A stretch of DNA of 64,000 nucleotides from Burkholderiaceae bacterium (GTDB lineage: Bacteria > Pseudomonadota > Gammaproteobacteria > Burkholderiales > Burkholderiaceae_C): the NCBI GenBank assembly GCA_019745555.1, contig JAIESX010000013.1:13359-77358 (forward strand). The letters are read 5' to 3'. A program made the position numbers and the translations under genes. Shown here one piece after another: positions 38,138-46,711 of this stretch. The notes beneath the pieces are model-generated. The model was not told the origin of the DNA. It saw only the letters and a list, made by a program, of their open reading frames with translations, and searched no databases. The number at the start of each line of letters is the position of its first letter. The stretch's first letter is position 1.

Positions 38138-39217
38138 TCAGTCCCCGACCTTGAGCGCCCCGCGGCGGATCTGGTCGCGCTCCAGGCTCTCGAACAGGGC
38201 CTTGAAGTTGCCCTCGCCAAAGCCCTCGTCGGCCTTGCGCTGGATGAATTCGAAGAACACCGGCCCCAGCAGGGGCTGGCTGAAGATCTGCAGCAGCAGG
38301 CGCGGCTTGCCATCCTTGGTGCTGCCGTCCATCAGGATGCCGCGCGCCTGCAGCTCGGGCACCGGTTCGCCGTGGCCGGGCAGGCGTTCGGCCAGCATCT
38401 CGTAATAGATGTCGTTGGGCGCGGTCATCAGCGGAATACCGGCGAGCTGCAGCGCGTCCACGCTGGCGATCAGGTCGTCCGTGAGCAGGGCGATGTGCTG
38501 GATGCCCTCGCCGTTGAACTGCATGAGGAACTCCTCGATCTGCCCGCTGCCCTTGCCCGATTCCTCGTTGAGCGGGATGCGGATCATCCCGTCGGGCGCG
38601 GTCATGGCGCGGCTCGTCAGGCCCGTGTACTCGCCCTGGATGTCGAAGTAGCGGATCTCGCGGAAGTTGAAGAGCTTCTCGTAGAACTGGCTCCAGAAAC
38701 TCATGCGCCCGCGGTAGACGTTGTGCGTGAGGTGGTCGATGATCTTCAGGCCGTGGCCCACGGGGTGGCGGTCCACGCCGTCGATGAACTCGAAGTCGAT
38801 GTCGTAGATGCTCTTGCCGTCCTCGTAGCGGTCGATCAGGTAAAGCGGTGCCCCGCCGATGCCCTTGATCGCCGGTAGGCGCAGCTCCATGGGGCCCGTG
38901 GGCACGTCGACGGGCTGGGCGCCGAGTTCCAGCGCGCGCGCGTAGGCCTTGTGCGAGTCGCGCACGCGAAAGGCCATGGCGCAGGCGCAGGGCCCGTGCT
39001 CGGCCGCGAAGTAGCCGGCCAGGCTGCGCGGTTCGCGGTTGACGATGAAGTTGATGTCGCCCTGGCGGTAGAGCAGCACGTCCTTGCTGCGATGGCGCGC
39101 CACCAGCGAGAAGCCCATCTTCTCGAACAGGGGCTCCAGGGTGTGGGCGGTGGGGGCGGCGAACTCGACGAACTCGAAGCCGCACAGGCCCATGGGATTG
39201 TCAAACAGATCGGCCAT
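38138..39217 (-). CDS. hppD: 4-hydroxyphenylpyruvate dioxygenase
   Basis: [28 protein letters not shown] and [21 protein letters not shown] motifs. Confidence 0.97.
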   Translation of the reverse strand: MADLFDNPMGLCGFEFVEFAAPTAHTLEPLFEKMGFSLVARHRSKDVLLYRQGDINFIVNREPRSLAGYFAAEHGPCACAMAFRVRDSHKAYARALELGAQPVDVPTGPMELRLPAIKGIGGAPLYLIDRYEDGKSIYDIDFEFIDGVDRHPVGHGLKIIDHLTHNVYRGRMSFWSQFYEKLFNFREIRYFDIQGEYTGLTSRAMTAPDGMIRIPLNEESGKGSGQIEEFLMQFNGEGIQHIALLTDDLIASVDALQLAGIPLMTAPNDIYYEMLAERLPGHGEPVPELQARGILMDGSTKDGKPRLLLQIFSQPLLGPVFFEFIQRKADEGFGEGNFKALFESLERDQIRRGALKVGD

Positions 39218-39410
39218 GAGGAATCTCCAAAAATGATCAGGGGCACACCCGGGCGGGTGCGCGTGCACAGGGTCAGCGTGCGGCGGCCGGAGGCGCGCAG
39301 GGCCGCCCACGCGTGCTGCGCGCCAGATGCTGGCCGATGATCAGGAACTGGACATTCATGGATGGGCGCAAGGTTAACCCATCCCGGGCCCCTGCGCCAG
39401 CGTGGCCCGC

Positions 39411-39746
39411 TCAGCGCCGCGGCAGCAGGCAGATCGTCACCAGAGCCGAGGCGTCCTCCAGGGCGTGCAGCGCGTGGGGCTCGCCCCCGCGCAGGTGGAT
39501 GAAGTCGCCGGCGTTCAGGGTCTGCACACCTGCAGGGGTCGTGAACGCGATGCGGCCCTCGATGCACTGCACCGTGATCTCGCCGGGCGTATGGTGCTCG
39601 CGCAGCCCGGTCCCCGCGGGCAGCACGATGCGCACCACCTCCAGCTGCTCGGCCTTGAGCAGGGCGCGTGTGCGCGTCCCGGCCAGCGCAGCGCCCAGCG
39701 GGCGCACGCTCACCACCTCACCGGATGGCACATGGGGCTGGGCCAT
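39411..39746 (-). CDS. Cupin domain protein
   Basis: EH..PGEITVQC.EG and PHALHALED cupin motifs. RBS gaggac. Confidence 0.8.
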   Translation of the reverse strand: MAQPHVPSGEVVSVRPLGAALAGTRTRALLKAEQLEVVRIVLPAGTGLREHHTPGEITVQCIEGRIAFTTPAGVQTLNAGDFIHLRGGEPHALHALEDASALVTICLLPRR

Positions 39747-39819
39747 GCCTGTCCTCCTCTCGTTGCGACAGCCGCATGGTGCCTTTCCAACCCCCCCTTG
39801 TCCAGCGGCCGTCGGCGTT

Positions 39820-40539
39820 TCAGTGGCCGCTGCAGCCGCAGCCCTGCGCCGGCTGGGGCGTCTCGAACTGCGGGAACAGCACATTGTTCTCGAGGTGGAT
39901 GTGGCTGATCAGGTCTTCGCTGAGCTGGGCGATGCCCGCATAGAGCGCGCGCCAGGTGTTGCAGGCACCCTCGGGCGGCGTGGCGTTGTCGGTGAGCGCG
40001 GCCAGACGTTCCAACGCCTCGCCATGGTCCGTGTGCTCGTGCCGCATCATGCCGATGGGCTGCACCACGAAGGCGTTGCCACCGGCCTTGAGCATGGGGA
40101 AAAGCACCTGCTCTTCCTTCATCATGTGCGAGAGCAGCTCCTGCTCCATGCCGTCCAGAAAATCCGCCAGCCCGCGCGGCACCTGCGGGTGCTCGCGGTG
40201 CACGGCCTCCACGCGCCGCGCCATGCGGATCAGTTCGGGCAGCTGGGCGCGATGCACCTCGTGGTAGCGCGCCAGGATGTGATCGATCAGCGCCGCAGGA
40301 TCCTGTGCCTCGGGCAGCGTGCGCGGGCGTTGCAGCGTGCCCAGCTCCTCCAGCAGTGCGGGCAGGTTCAGACCCTTGTCGTTTGCGGCCTGGCGCAGGC
40401 TGATCTGGCCGCCGCAGCAGAAATCGAGCTTGAGGCGGCGGAAGACGGCCGTGGCGCCGGGCAGCTGCACGGCAATCTGGCCGATGGCCAGCTCCGGATT
40501 CACGGTCTCGGGGGCAGTGGTTTCAAGGCGGGCATTCAT
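39820..40539 (-). CDS. ytfE: Iron-sulfur cluster repair di-iron protein
   Basis: DFCCGG, YH..HR, HMMKEEQVLFP, EH..H and HIHLENNVLFP hemerythrin motifs. Confidence 0.95.
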   Translation of the reverse strand: MNARLETTAPETVNPELAIGQIAVQLPGATAVFRRLKLDFCCGGQISLRQAANDKGLNLPALLEELGTLQRPRTLPEAQDPAALIDHILARYHEVHRAQLPELIRMARRVEAVHREHPQVPRGLADFLDGMEQELLSHMMKEEQVLFPMLKAGGNAFVVQPIGMMRHEHTDHGEALERLAALTDNATPPEGACNTWRALYAGIAQLSEDLISHIHLENNVLFPQFETPQPAQGCGCSGH

Positions 40540-40592
40540 CATCAACTCCTGTGTGTGTACAGGCCTGATTAAAGAGAGCCGCGAAAAACCCT

Positions 40593-40612
40593 TTCTTGAG
40601 TTAGCGCAAGAA
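40593..40612 (-). promoter_or_regulatory. CRP/FNR-family (NnrR/Dnr-type) box upstream of ytfE
   Basis: ttcTTGagttagcgCAAgaa (TTG-N8-CAA palindrome). A minus-strand TTTAAT at 40568-40573 would put the box centre near -41.5. Confidence 0.65.
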
Positions 40613-40659
40613 TTGCGGACATGGCCCTGAAGGGTGTCAGGGCATTCGGGGCCGGGCTT

Positions 40660-42087
40660 TCACAAGCCGGGGCGCACCATGTCTTCGGCGCGGACCCAGC
40701 GGTCGAAGTCCGCCGCGCTCACATGGCCCAGGGCCAGCGCGGCCTCGCGCAGCGTGCTGCCGTTCTTGTGCGCATGCTTGGCGATCGCGGCCGCCTGGTC
40801 ATAGCCGATGTGCGGCGCCAGCGCCGTGACCAGCATGAGCGAACGGTCCAGCAGCTCCTGGATGCGCTCGGGCCGCGCCTCGATGCCACGCACACAGTGC
40901 TGTTCAAAGCTGTCCATGCCCTCGGCCAGCAGGCGGATGCTCTGCTGCAGGTTGTGCGCGATCAGCGGCTTGAACACATTGAGTTCGAAATTGCCCGAAG
41001 CGCCGCCCACGGTCACGGCCACGTCGTTGCCCATGACCTGGGCGCAGAGCATGGTCAGCGCCTCGCACTGTGTGGGGTTGACCTTGCCCGGCATGATGGA
41101 GCTGCCGGGCTCGTTCTCGGGTATCGCAATCTCGCCCAGGCCCGAGCGCGGGCCCGAGGCCAGCCAGCGCACGTCATTGGCGATCTTCATCAGCGCCACG
41201 GCCAGGGTCTTGAGCGCGCCGTGCGCCGCCACCAGGCCGTCATGCGCGGCCAGGGCCGCGAACTTGTTGGGCGCGCTCGTGAAGGGCAGGCCCGTGCTGC
41301 GCGCCAGCTCGGCCGCCACGCGGGCGCCGAACTCCGGGTGGGTATTGAGCCCCGTGCCCACGGCCGTGCCGCCCAGGGCCAGCGGGTAGACCGCCTGCAG
41401 CGTGGCGGCGATCTGGGCTTCGGCCAGGTCGAGCTGGGCCACATAGCCCGAGAACTCGTCGCCCAGGGTCAGCGGCGTGGCGTCCTGCAGATGGGTGCGG
41501 CCTATCTTCACGATGTGGGCAAAGGCCAGGCTCTTGGCGGCCAGCGTGGTGCGCAGGCGTTCCAGGGCCGGCAGCAGGCGGGCGGCCATGGCCTGCGCCG
41601 CAGCCACATGCATGGCCGTGGGAAACACGTCGTTGGACGACTGGCCCAGGTTGACCTCGTCGTTGGGGTGCACCTTGCGCGCGCTGCCGCGCGTGCCACC
41701 CAGCAGCTCCGAGGCACGGTTGGCCAGCACCTCGTTCATGTTCATATTGCTCTGCGTGCCCGAACCCGTCTGCCAGACCGAGAGCGGGAACTCCTGCATG
41801 TGCTGCCCGGCCAGCACCTCCTCGGCCGCCGCGGCAATGGCCTGGGCCTTCTCGGCCGGTAGCAGGCCCAAGGTGCCGTTCACGCGGGCCGCCGCCTGCT
41901 TGACGCGCGCCAGCGCCAGCACCACTTCGGGCGGCATGCGTTCGGTGGAGATCGCGAAGAATTGCAGCGAACGCTGGGTCTGGGCGCCCCAGAGCCGCTC
42001 GGCCGGCACCTCGATGGGGCCGAAGGTGTCGCGCTCGGTGCGGGTGGTGCCAGAGGCGGATGACGGCACCGTAGGGGTAGCAGACAT
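40660..42087 (-). CDS. fumC: Class II fumarate hydratase
   Basis: [30 protein letters not shown] and [11 protein letters not shown] signature. Confidence 0.97.
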   Translation of the reverse strand: MSATPTVPSSASGTTRTERDTFGPIEVPAERLWGAQTQRSLQFFAISTERMPPEVVLALARVKQAAARVNGTLGLLPAEKAQAIAAAAEEVLAGQHMQEFPLSVWQTGSGTQSNMNMNEVLANRASELLGGTRGSARKVHPNDEVNLGQSSNDVFPTAMHVAAAQAMAARLLPALERLRTTLAAKSLAFAHIVKIGRTHLQDATPLTLGDEFSGYVAQLDLAEAQIAATLQAVYPLALGGTAVGTGLNTHPEFGARVAAELARSTGLPFTSAPNKFAALAAHDGLVAAHGALKTLAVALMKIANDVRWLASGPRSGLGEIAIPENEPGSSIMPGKVNPTQCEALTMLCAQVMGNDVAVTVGGASGNFELNVFKPLIAHNLQQSIRLLAEGMDSFEQHCVRGIEARPERIQELLDRSLMLVTALAPHIGYDQAAAIAKHAHKNGSTLREAALALGHVSAADFDRWVRAEDMVRPGL

Positions 42088-42207
42088 GGCGAGGCTCCAG
42101 TGACGGGACTCTCGCCATTACACACCCACTCCGTCGTCTCCGCACAATAATGGAGGCCGTGTCCACGCCGGCATCAGGACCGGCCAGAACGAGGAAAGGA
42201 AACCGCC

Positions 42208-42450
42208 ATGTCCCCACACTACCACCAGTTCTGTGAACTCTTTGCCCAGCTGGGCCTGCCCAGCGACGTGAAGGACGTGAGCGCCTTCATCCAGAAGCAT
42301 TCGCCCCTGGCCGACCACGTGCGTCTGGAAGACGCCCCCTTCTGGTCCCCGGCGCAGGCCGCGCTTCTGCGCGACGAGCTGCACCGTGATGCCGACTGGG
42401 CCGAGCTCGTGGACCAGCTCAACCTGGCGCTGCGTGGCCCCGCACGCTGA
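42208..42450 (+). CDS. DUF2789-like small protein
   Basis: LFAQLGLPSD...FI..H and APFWSPAQA..L...DADWAE.VDQLN motifs. Confidence 0.8.
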   Translation: MSPHYHQFCELFAQLGLPSDVKDVSAFIQKHSPLADHVRLEDAPFWSPAQAALLRDELHRDADWAELVDQLNLALRGPAR

Positions 42451-42489
42451 ATCTTTTCTTACTCTTCAACCGTCCCCCGGGAGCCTCGA

Positions 42490-42996
42490 ATGCCGATATC
42501 CATGTACCAGGCCAGCGTGCCGCGCTTCATCCACATGCTGGGCAACCTCAATGCCATCCTGGCCAAGGCCCAGGCGCATGCCCAGGCCAAAAAGCTCGAC
42601 GAGCTGGCGCTCACCGGCTTTCGTCTCTACCCCGACATGCTGCCTTTCACGCGCCAGATCATGATCGCCACCGACACCGCCAAGGGCTGTGCCGCGCGCC
42701 TGGCCGGGGTGACGCCGCCGGTCTATGAAGATACGGAAAAGACTTTCGACGAGCTGCAGGCCCGCGTGACCAAGACCATCGCTTACCTGCAGACCTTCAC
42801 GCCCGAGCAGATCGACGGCAGCGAGGAGAAGGAAGTGACGCTGAAGCGGCGTGACGGGGAGGAGCGCTACCAAGGCTTGCACTATCTGCAGTGGCACGCC
42901 ATTCCCAACTTCTACTTCCACGTGAGCACGGCCTACGCCATCCTGCGGCACAACGGGGTGGAGATCGGCAAGCGGGATTTTTTGGGGAATGCGTGA
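42490..42996 (+). CDS. DUF1993 (DinB-like fold) protein
   Basis: RLYPDMLPF..Q and PNFYFH.STAYAILRHNGVEIGK.DFLG motifs. Confidence 0.88.
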   Translation: MPISMYQASVPRFIHMLGNLNAILAKAQAHAQAKKLDELALTGFRLYPDMLPFTRQIMIATDTAKGCAARLAGVTPPVYEDTEKTFDELQARVTKTIAYLQTFTPEQIDGSEEKEVTLKRRDGEERYQGLHYLQWHAIPNFYFHVSTAYAILRHNGVEIGKRDFLGNA

Positions 42997-43323
42997 TGGC
43001 TTGCCGCCGGTAGCCACAGACCCTACCAGGGGGCACCGAGCAGCAGATCGACCAGTACATCCGCGAGGCCTGGCCGCCGGCCTTGGCGCCCCCCAAGGTC
43101 TTGTGCTAACAAGCTGCCTGACCACGCCCCAAACAGGCCGATATTCCCTGGAACCGCCGCTCTGCCAACCTTGCGCGACCGTTTTCACACTTCCTTACCG
43201 TCCGCGAGAGCGCGAGAGCGGCCGCTCGGCAGGTAGTGAGGCTTAAGATGGCGCTCGGCCAGCAGCCTCCGCCCCGGAACGTCTCCGGGGCATGCCATGG
43301 CCTCCAGCGAGAAGGGGCAAAGC

Positions 43324-43569
43324 ATGAACGTGCGGGAAGCGGGACAACAGTGGGAAGCGCTGCATCAGCGCTGGGTCGACGCCCACCAGGAGGCCCGTCG
43401 CATGGAGCAGCGCAACCCCATGCGCTTCAAGGCCTTTGCCGAGGGCAAGGGCGCTGCCCCGAGTGCCGAAGAGCTTGGGCAGGTGGAGCCGCTGCGCCGC
43501 ATCGCCAGCGCTGCCCAGGCCGACCGCGACGAGTTCACGCGCCGAGTGTTTCGCGATCTCTGCGCCTGA
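43324..43569 (+). CDS. Small hypothetical helical protein
   Basis: 81-aa ORF with GC3-rich codons and a purine-rich upstream region. No recognisable family. Confidence 0.45.
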   Translation: MNVREAGQQWEALHQRWVDAHQEARRMEQRNPMRFKAFAEGKGAAPSAEELGQVEPLRRIASAAQADRDEFTRRVFRDLCA

Positions 43570-43608
43570 GTCTGGCGGTCCGCCGTCCTCTGACAGCGGA
43601 CCCCGTCT

Positions 43609-45291
43609 TTACATGCCCACGTAGTTCGGCCCACCGCCGCCTTCGGGCGTGACCCAGACGATGTTCTGCGTCGGGTCCTTGATGTCGCAGGTCTTGCAGT
43701 GCACGCAGTTCTGCGCGTTGATGACGAGCTGGTCGGCGCCGTCCTTCTGCACGAACTCGTAGACGCCGGCCGGGCAGTAGCGGCTCTCAGGCCCGGCGAA
43801 CTTGGCCAGGTTGATGCGCACGGGCACGCTGGCGTCCTTGAGCGTGAGGTGGGCGGGCTGGTCTTCGGCGTGGTTGGTGTTGCTGATGAAGACGCTGGAG
43901 AGGCGGTCGAAGGTCAGCTTGCCGTCCGGCTTGGGATAGGCGATGGGCGTGCACTCGGCCGCGGGCTTGAGGCGGGTGTGGTCGGCTTCCTTGCGGTGGA
44001 GGGTCCACGGCGGGGTCTTGATGCCGATCCTGGGCAGGAACCACTGCTCGATGCCGGTCATCAGCGCGCCGATGAGGTTGCCCTTCTTGAACCACTGCTT
44101 GAAGTTGCGTGACTTGTGCAGTTCCTCGTGCAGCCAGCTCTGGGCAAAGGCCACAGGGTAGGCGGCCAGCTCGTCGTGCTGGCGGCCGACGGTGACGGCG
44201 TCGTAAAGCGCCTCGGCGGCCAGCATGCCGCTCTTGATGGCGGCGTGGCTGCCCTTGATGCGGCTGGCGTTCAGGTAACCGGCGTCGCAGCCCACGAGCA
44301 CGCCGCCGGGGAAGATGGTCTTGGGCAGGGAGAGCAGGCCGCCGGCCGTGATGGCGCGTGCGCCGTAGCCGATGCGCTTGCCGCCTTCGATGTGCTTGCG
44401 GATGGCCGGGTGGGTCTTCCAGCGCTGCATTTCCTCGAAGGGGCTCAGATAGGTGTTCTGGTAGTCCAGGCCGGTGACGAAGCCCAGCGTGACCTTGTTG
44501 CCCTCCAGGTGGTAGAGGAAGCCGCCGCCGTAGGTGCTGTTGTCCATGGGCCAGCCGGCGGTGTGCACCACCAGGCCGGGTTGGGCTTGCTCGGCTGGCA
44601 CTTCCCACAGTTCCTTGATGCCCAGGGCATAGCTCTGCGGGTCCTTGCCTTCGTCCAGCTTGTATTTCGCGATGATCTGCTTGCCCAGGTGGCCGCGCGC
44701 GCCTTCGGCAAACACGGTGTACTTGGCGTGCAGTTCCATGCCGAGCTGGAAGCTGTCGGTGGGCTCGCCGTCCTTGCCGATGCCCATATTGCCGGTGGCC
44801 ACGCCCTTGACCGAGCCGTCCTCGTTGTAGAGCACATCGGCGGCCGTGAAGCCGGGGAAGATCTCCACGCCCAGGGCCTCGGCTTGTTCACCCAGCCACT
44901 TGGTCAGCAGACCCAGGCTGATGACGTAATTGCCGTCGTTGTGGAAGCAGTCGGGCACGAAGAAGTTGGGGGTCTTTTTCGCGCCGGTCTCGCTGAGGAA
45001 GAGCACCTCGTCGCCGGTGACGGCCTGGTTCAGCGGCGCGCCAAGCTCCTTCCAGTTGGGGAAGAGCTCGTTGAGCGCGATCGGGTCCATGACGGCGCCC
45101 GAGAGGATGTGGGCACCGGGCTCGCCGCCTTTTTCCAGCACGACGACGGAGACGTCGCTGCCCTTTTCGGCGGCCAGTTGCTTGAGGCGGATGGCAGTGG
45201 ACAGGCCGCCGGGGCCGCCACCGACCACGACCACGTCGTATTCCATGGCTTCGCGGGGGCCGAACTGGGCAAGGATCTCTTCGTGGGTCAT
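43609..45291 (-). CDS. Electron transfer flavoprotein-ubiquinone oxidoreductase
   Basis: VGGGPGGLS, GAHILSGA, CPAGVYE and NCVHCKTCDIKDP 4Fe-4S motif. Confidence 0.96.
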   Translation of the reverse strand: MTHEEILAQFGPREAMEYDVVVVGGGPGGLSTAIRLKQLAAEKGSDVSVVVLEKGGEPGAHILSGAVMDPIALNELFPNWKELGAPLNQAVTGDEVLFLSETGAKKTPNFFVPDCFHNDGNYVISLGLLTKWLGEQAEALGVEIFPGFTAADVLYNEDGSVKGVATGNMGIGKDGEPTDSFQLGMELHAKYTVFAEGARGHLGKQIIAKYKLDEGKDPQSYALGIKELWEVPAEQAQPGLVVHTAGWPMDNSTYGGGFLYHLEGNKVTLGFVTGLDYQNTYLSPFEEMQRWKTHPAIRKHIEGGKRIGYGARAITAGGLLSLPKTIFPGGVLVGCDAGYLNASRIKGSHAAIKSGMLAAEALYDAVTVGRQHDELAAYPVAFAQSWLHEELHKSRNFKQWFKKGNLIGALMTGIEQWFLPRIGIKTPPWTLHRKEADHTRLKPAAECTPIAYPKPDGKLTFDRLSSVFISNTNHAEDQPAHLTLKDASVPVRINLAKFAGPESRYCPAGVYEFVQKDGADQLVINAQNCVHCKTCDIKDPTQNIVWVTPEGGGGPNYVGM

Positions 45292-45414
45292 GGCGGCTGC
45301 TTTCTGTCTCGGTGCGGGGAGTCGCTTGATAATGGTGCGGGTTCGGCGCGGGATGTTAGGGGCTAACCCACCCCCGGCCTGTCGGATGCGCGACTGATTT
45401 TAAATCGGAATGAG

Positions 45415-45444
45415 GACAAAATAGAACGGTCGTTCTATTTTGTC
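45415..45444. promoter_or_regulatory. Perfect palindromic operator, FadP (TetR family)-like, between divergent ETF-QO and SDR genes
   Basis: gacaaaatagaacg-gt-cgttctattttgtc with 14-bp perfect arms, in a fatty-acid degradation context. Confidence 0.75.
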
Positions 45445-45469
45445 GGGTATTGACTGAAAGGGCAGCCCC

Positions 45470-46252
45470 ATGGCGTACAGCATCGATCTCTCCGGCCGAG
45501 TGGCCTTCATCACCGGCGCCTCGGGCGGCCTGGGCGCGCAGTTCGCCCGCACCCTGTCGCGTGCCGGCGCGGCCGTGGTGCTGGCCGCGCGTCGCGTGGA
45601 AAAGCTCAAGGAGCTGCGTGCGCAGATCGAGGGCGAGGGTGGGGACGCCCATGTGCTCGAACTGGATGTGACGGACATCGGCTCCATCAAGTCCGCGGTG
45701 GCCCATGCCGAGACCGAGGTGGGCTCGATCGACATCCTGATCAACAACTCCGGCGTCTCGACCACCCAGCGTCTGGTGGACGTCAGCGAGGAGGACTACG
45801 ACTACGTGCTCGGCACCAACACCAAGGGTGCCTTCTTCGTGGCGCAGGAGGTGGGCAAGCGCATGATCGCGCGTGCCAAGGGCGCCGCACCCGGTACCTA
45901 CACGGGCGGGCGCATTGTCAACATCGCCTCCATGGCCGGGCTCAAGGTGCTGCCGCAGATCGGCATCTACTGCATGAGCAAGGCGGCCGTGGTGCACATG
46001 ACACGCGCCATGGCCACCGAATGGGGCAAGTTTGGCATCAACGTCAACGCGCTGTGCCCGGGCTACATCGACACCGAGATCAACCACCACCACTGGCAGA
46101 CCGAGCAGGGGCAGAAGCTCATCAGCATGCTGCCGCGCAAGCGCGTGGGTCAGCCGGCCGACCTCGACGCGGTGCTGGTGATGCTGTGCGCCAACGAGAG
46201 CCATTTCATCAACGGCGCGGTGATCCAGGCCGACGACGGTTTCGCGACATGA
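45470..46252 (+). CDS. SDR family oxidoreductase
   Basis: TGASGGLG, NNSG, YCMSK (YxxxK) and PGYIDT motifs. Confidence 0.93.
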   Translation: MAYSIDLSGRVAFITGASGGLGAQFARTLSRAGAAVVLAARRVEKLKELRAQIEGEGGDAHVLELDVTDIGSIKSAVAHAETEVGSIDILINNSGVSTTQRLVDVSEEDYDYVLGTNTKGAFFVAQEVGKRMIARAKGAAPGTYTGGRIVNIASMAGLKVLPQIGIYCMSKAAVVHMTRAMATEWGKFGINVNALCPGYIDTEINHHHWQTEQGQKLISMLPRKRVGQPADLDAVLVMLCANESHFINGAVIQADDGFAT

Positions 46253-46668
46253 GGATCGAGCTGCCCGAGCAGAAGAAGTTCGTCTTCGCGCTCGACATGC
46301 CCATCCGCTGGGGCGACATGGACGCCATGGGGCATGTGAACAACACCGTGTACTTCCGCTATCTCGAGAGCACACGCATCGAGTGGTTCCGCTCCATCGG
46401 TTGCGAGCCCGATCCGCGCGGCGAAGGTCCGGTGATCGTCAACGCCTTCTGCAACTTCTACCGACAGCTCGAGTACCCGGGGGATATCCGCGTCAGGCTC
46501 TATGTCAGCGACCCGGCGCGGGCCACCTTCGACACCTGGGCCACGATCGAGCGCCTGGACCAGCCGGGTGTGGTGCACGCCGCCGGCGGCGCCACCGTGA
46601 TCTGGGTGGATTTCCAGGCCCAGCAGTCGCGCTCCCTGCCGGAGTGGCTGCGCCAGCGCGTGGCTTGA
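46249..46668 (+). CDS. Acyl-CoA thioesterase (4HBT/YbgC-like)
   Basis: IRWGDMDAMGHVNNTVYFRYLE motif. ATGA overlap with the SDR stop. Confidence 0.9.
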   Translation: MRIELPEQKKFVFALDMPIRWGDMDAMGHVNNTVYFRYLESTRIEWFRSIGCEPDPRGEGPVIVNAFCNFYRQLEYPGDIRVRLYVSDPARATFDTWATIERLDQPGVVHAAGGATVIWVDFQAQQSRSLPEWLRQRVA

Positions 46669-46711
46669 CGCAGATCATGTTCCAGGCGCCGCGGCGGCGC
46701 ACAATGGCGCC

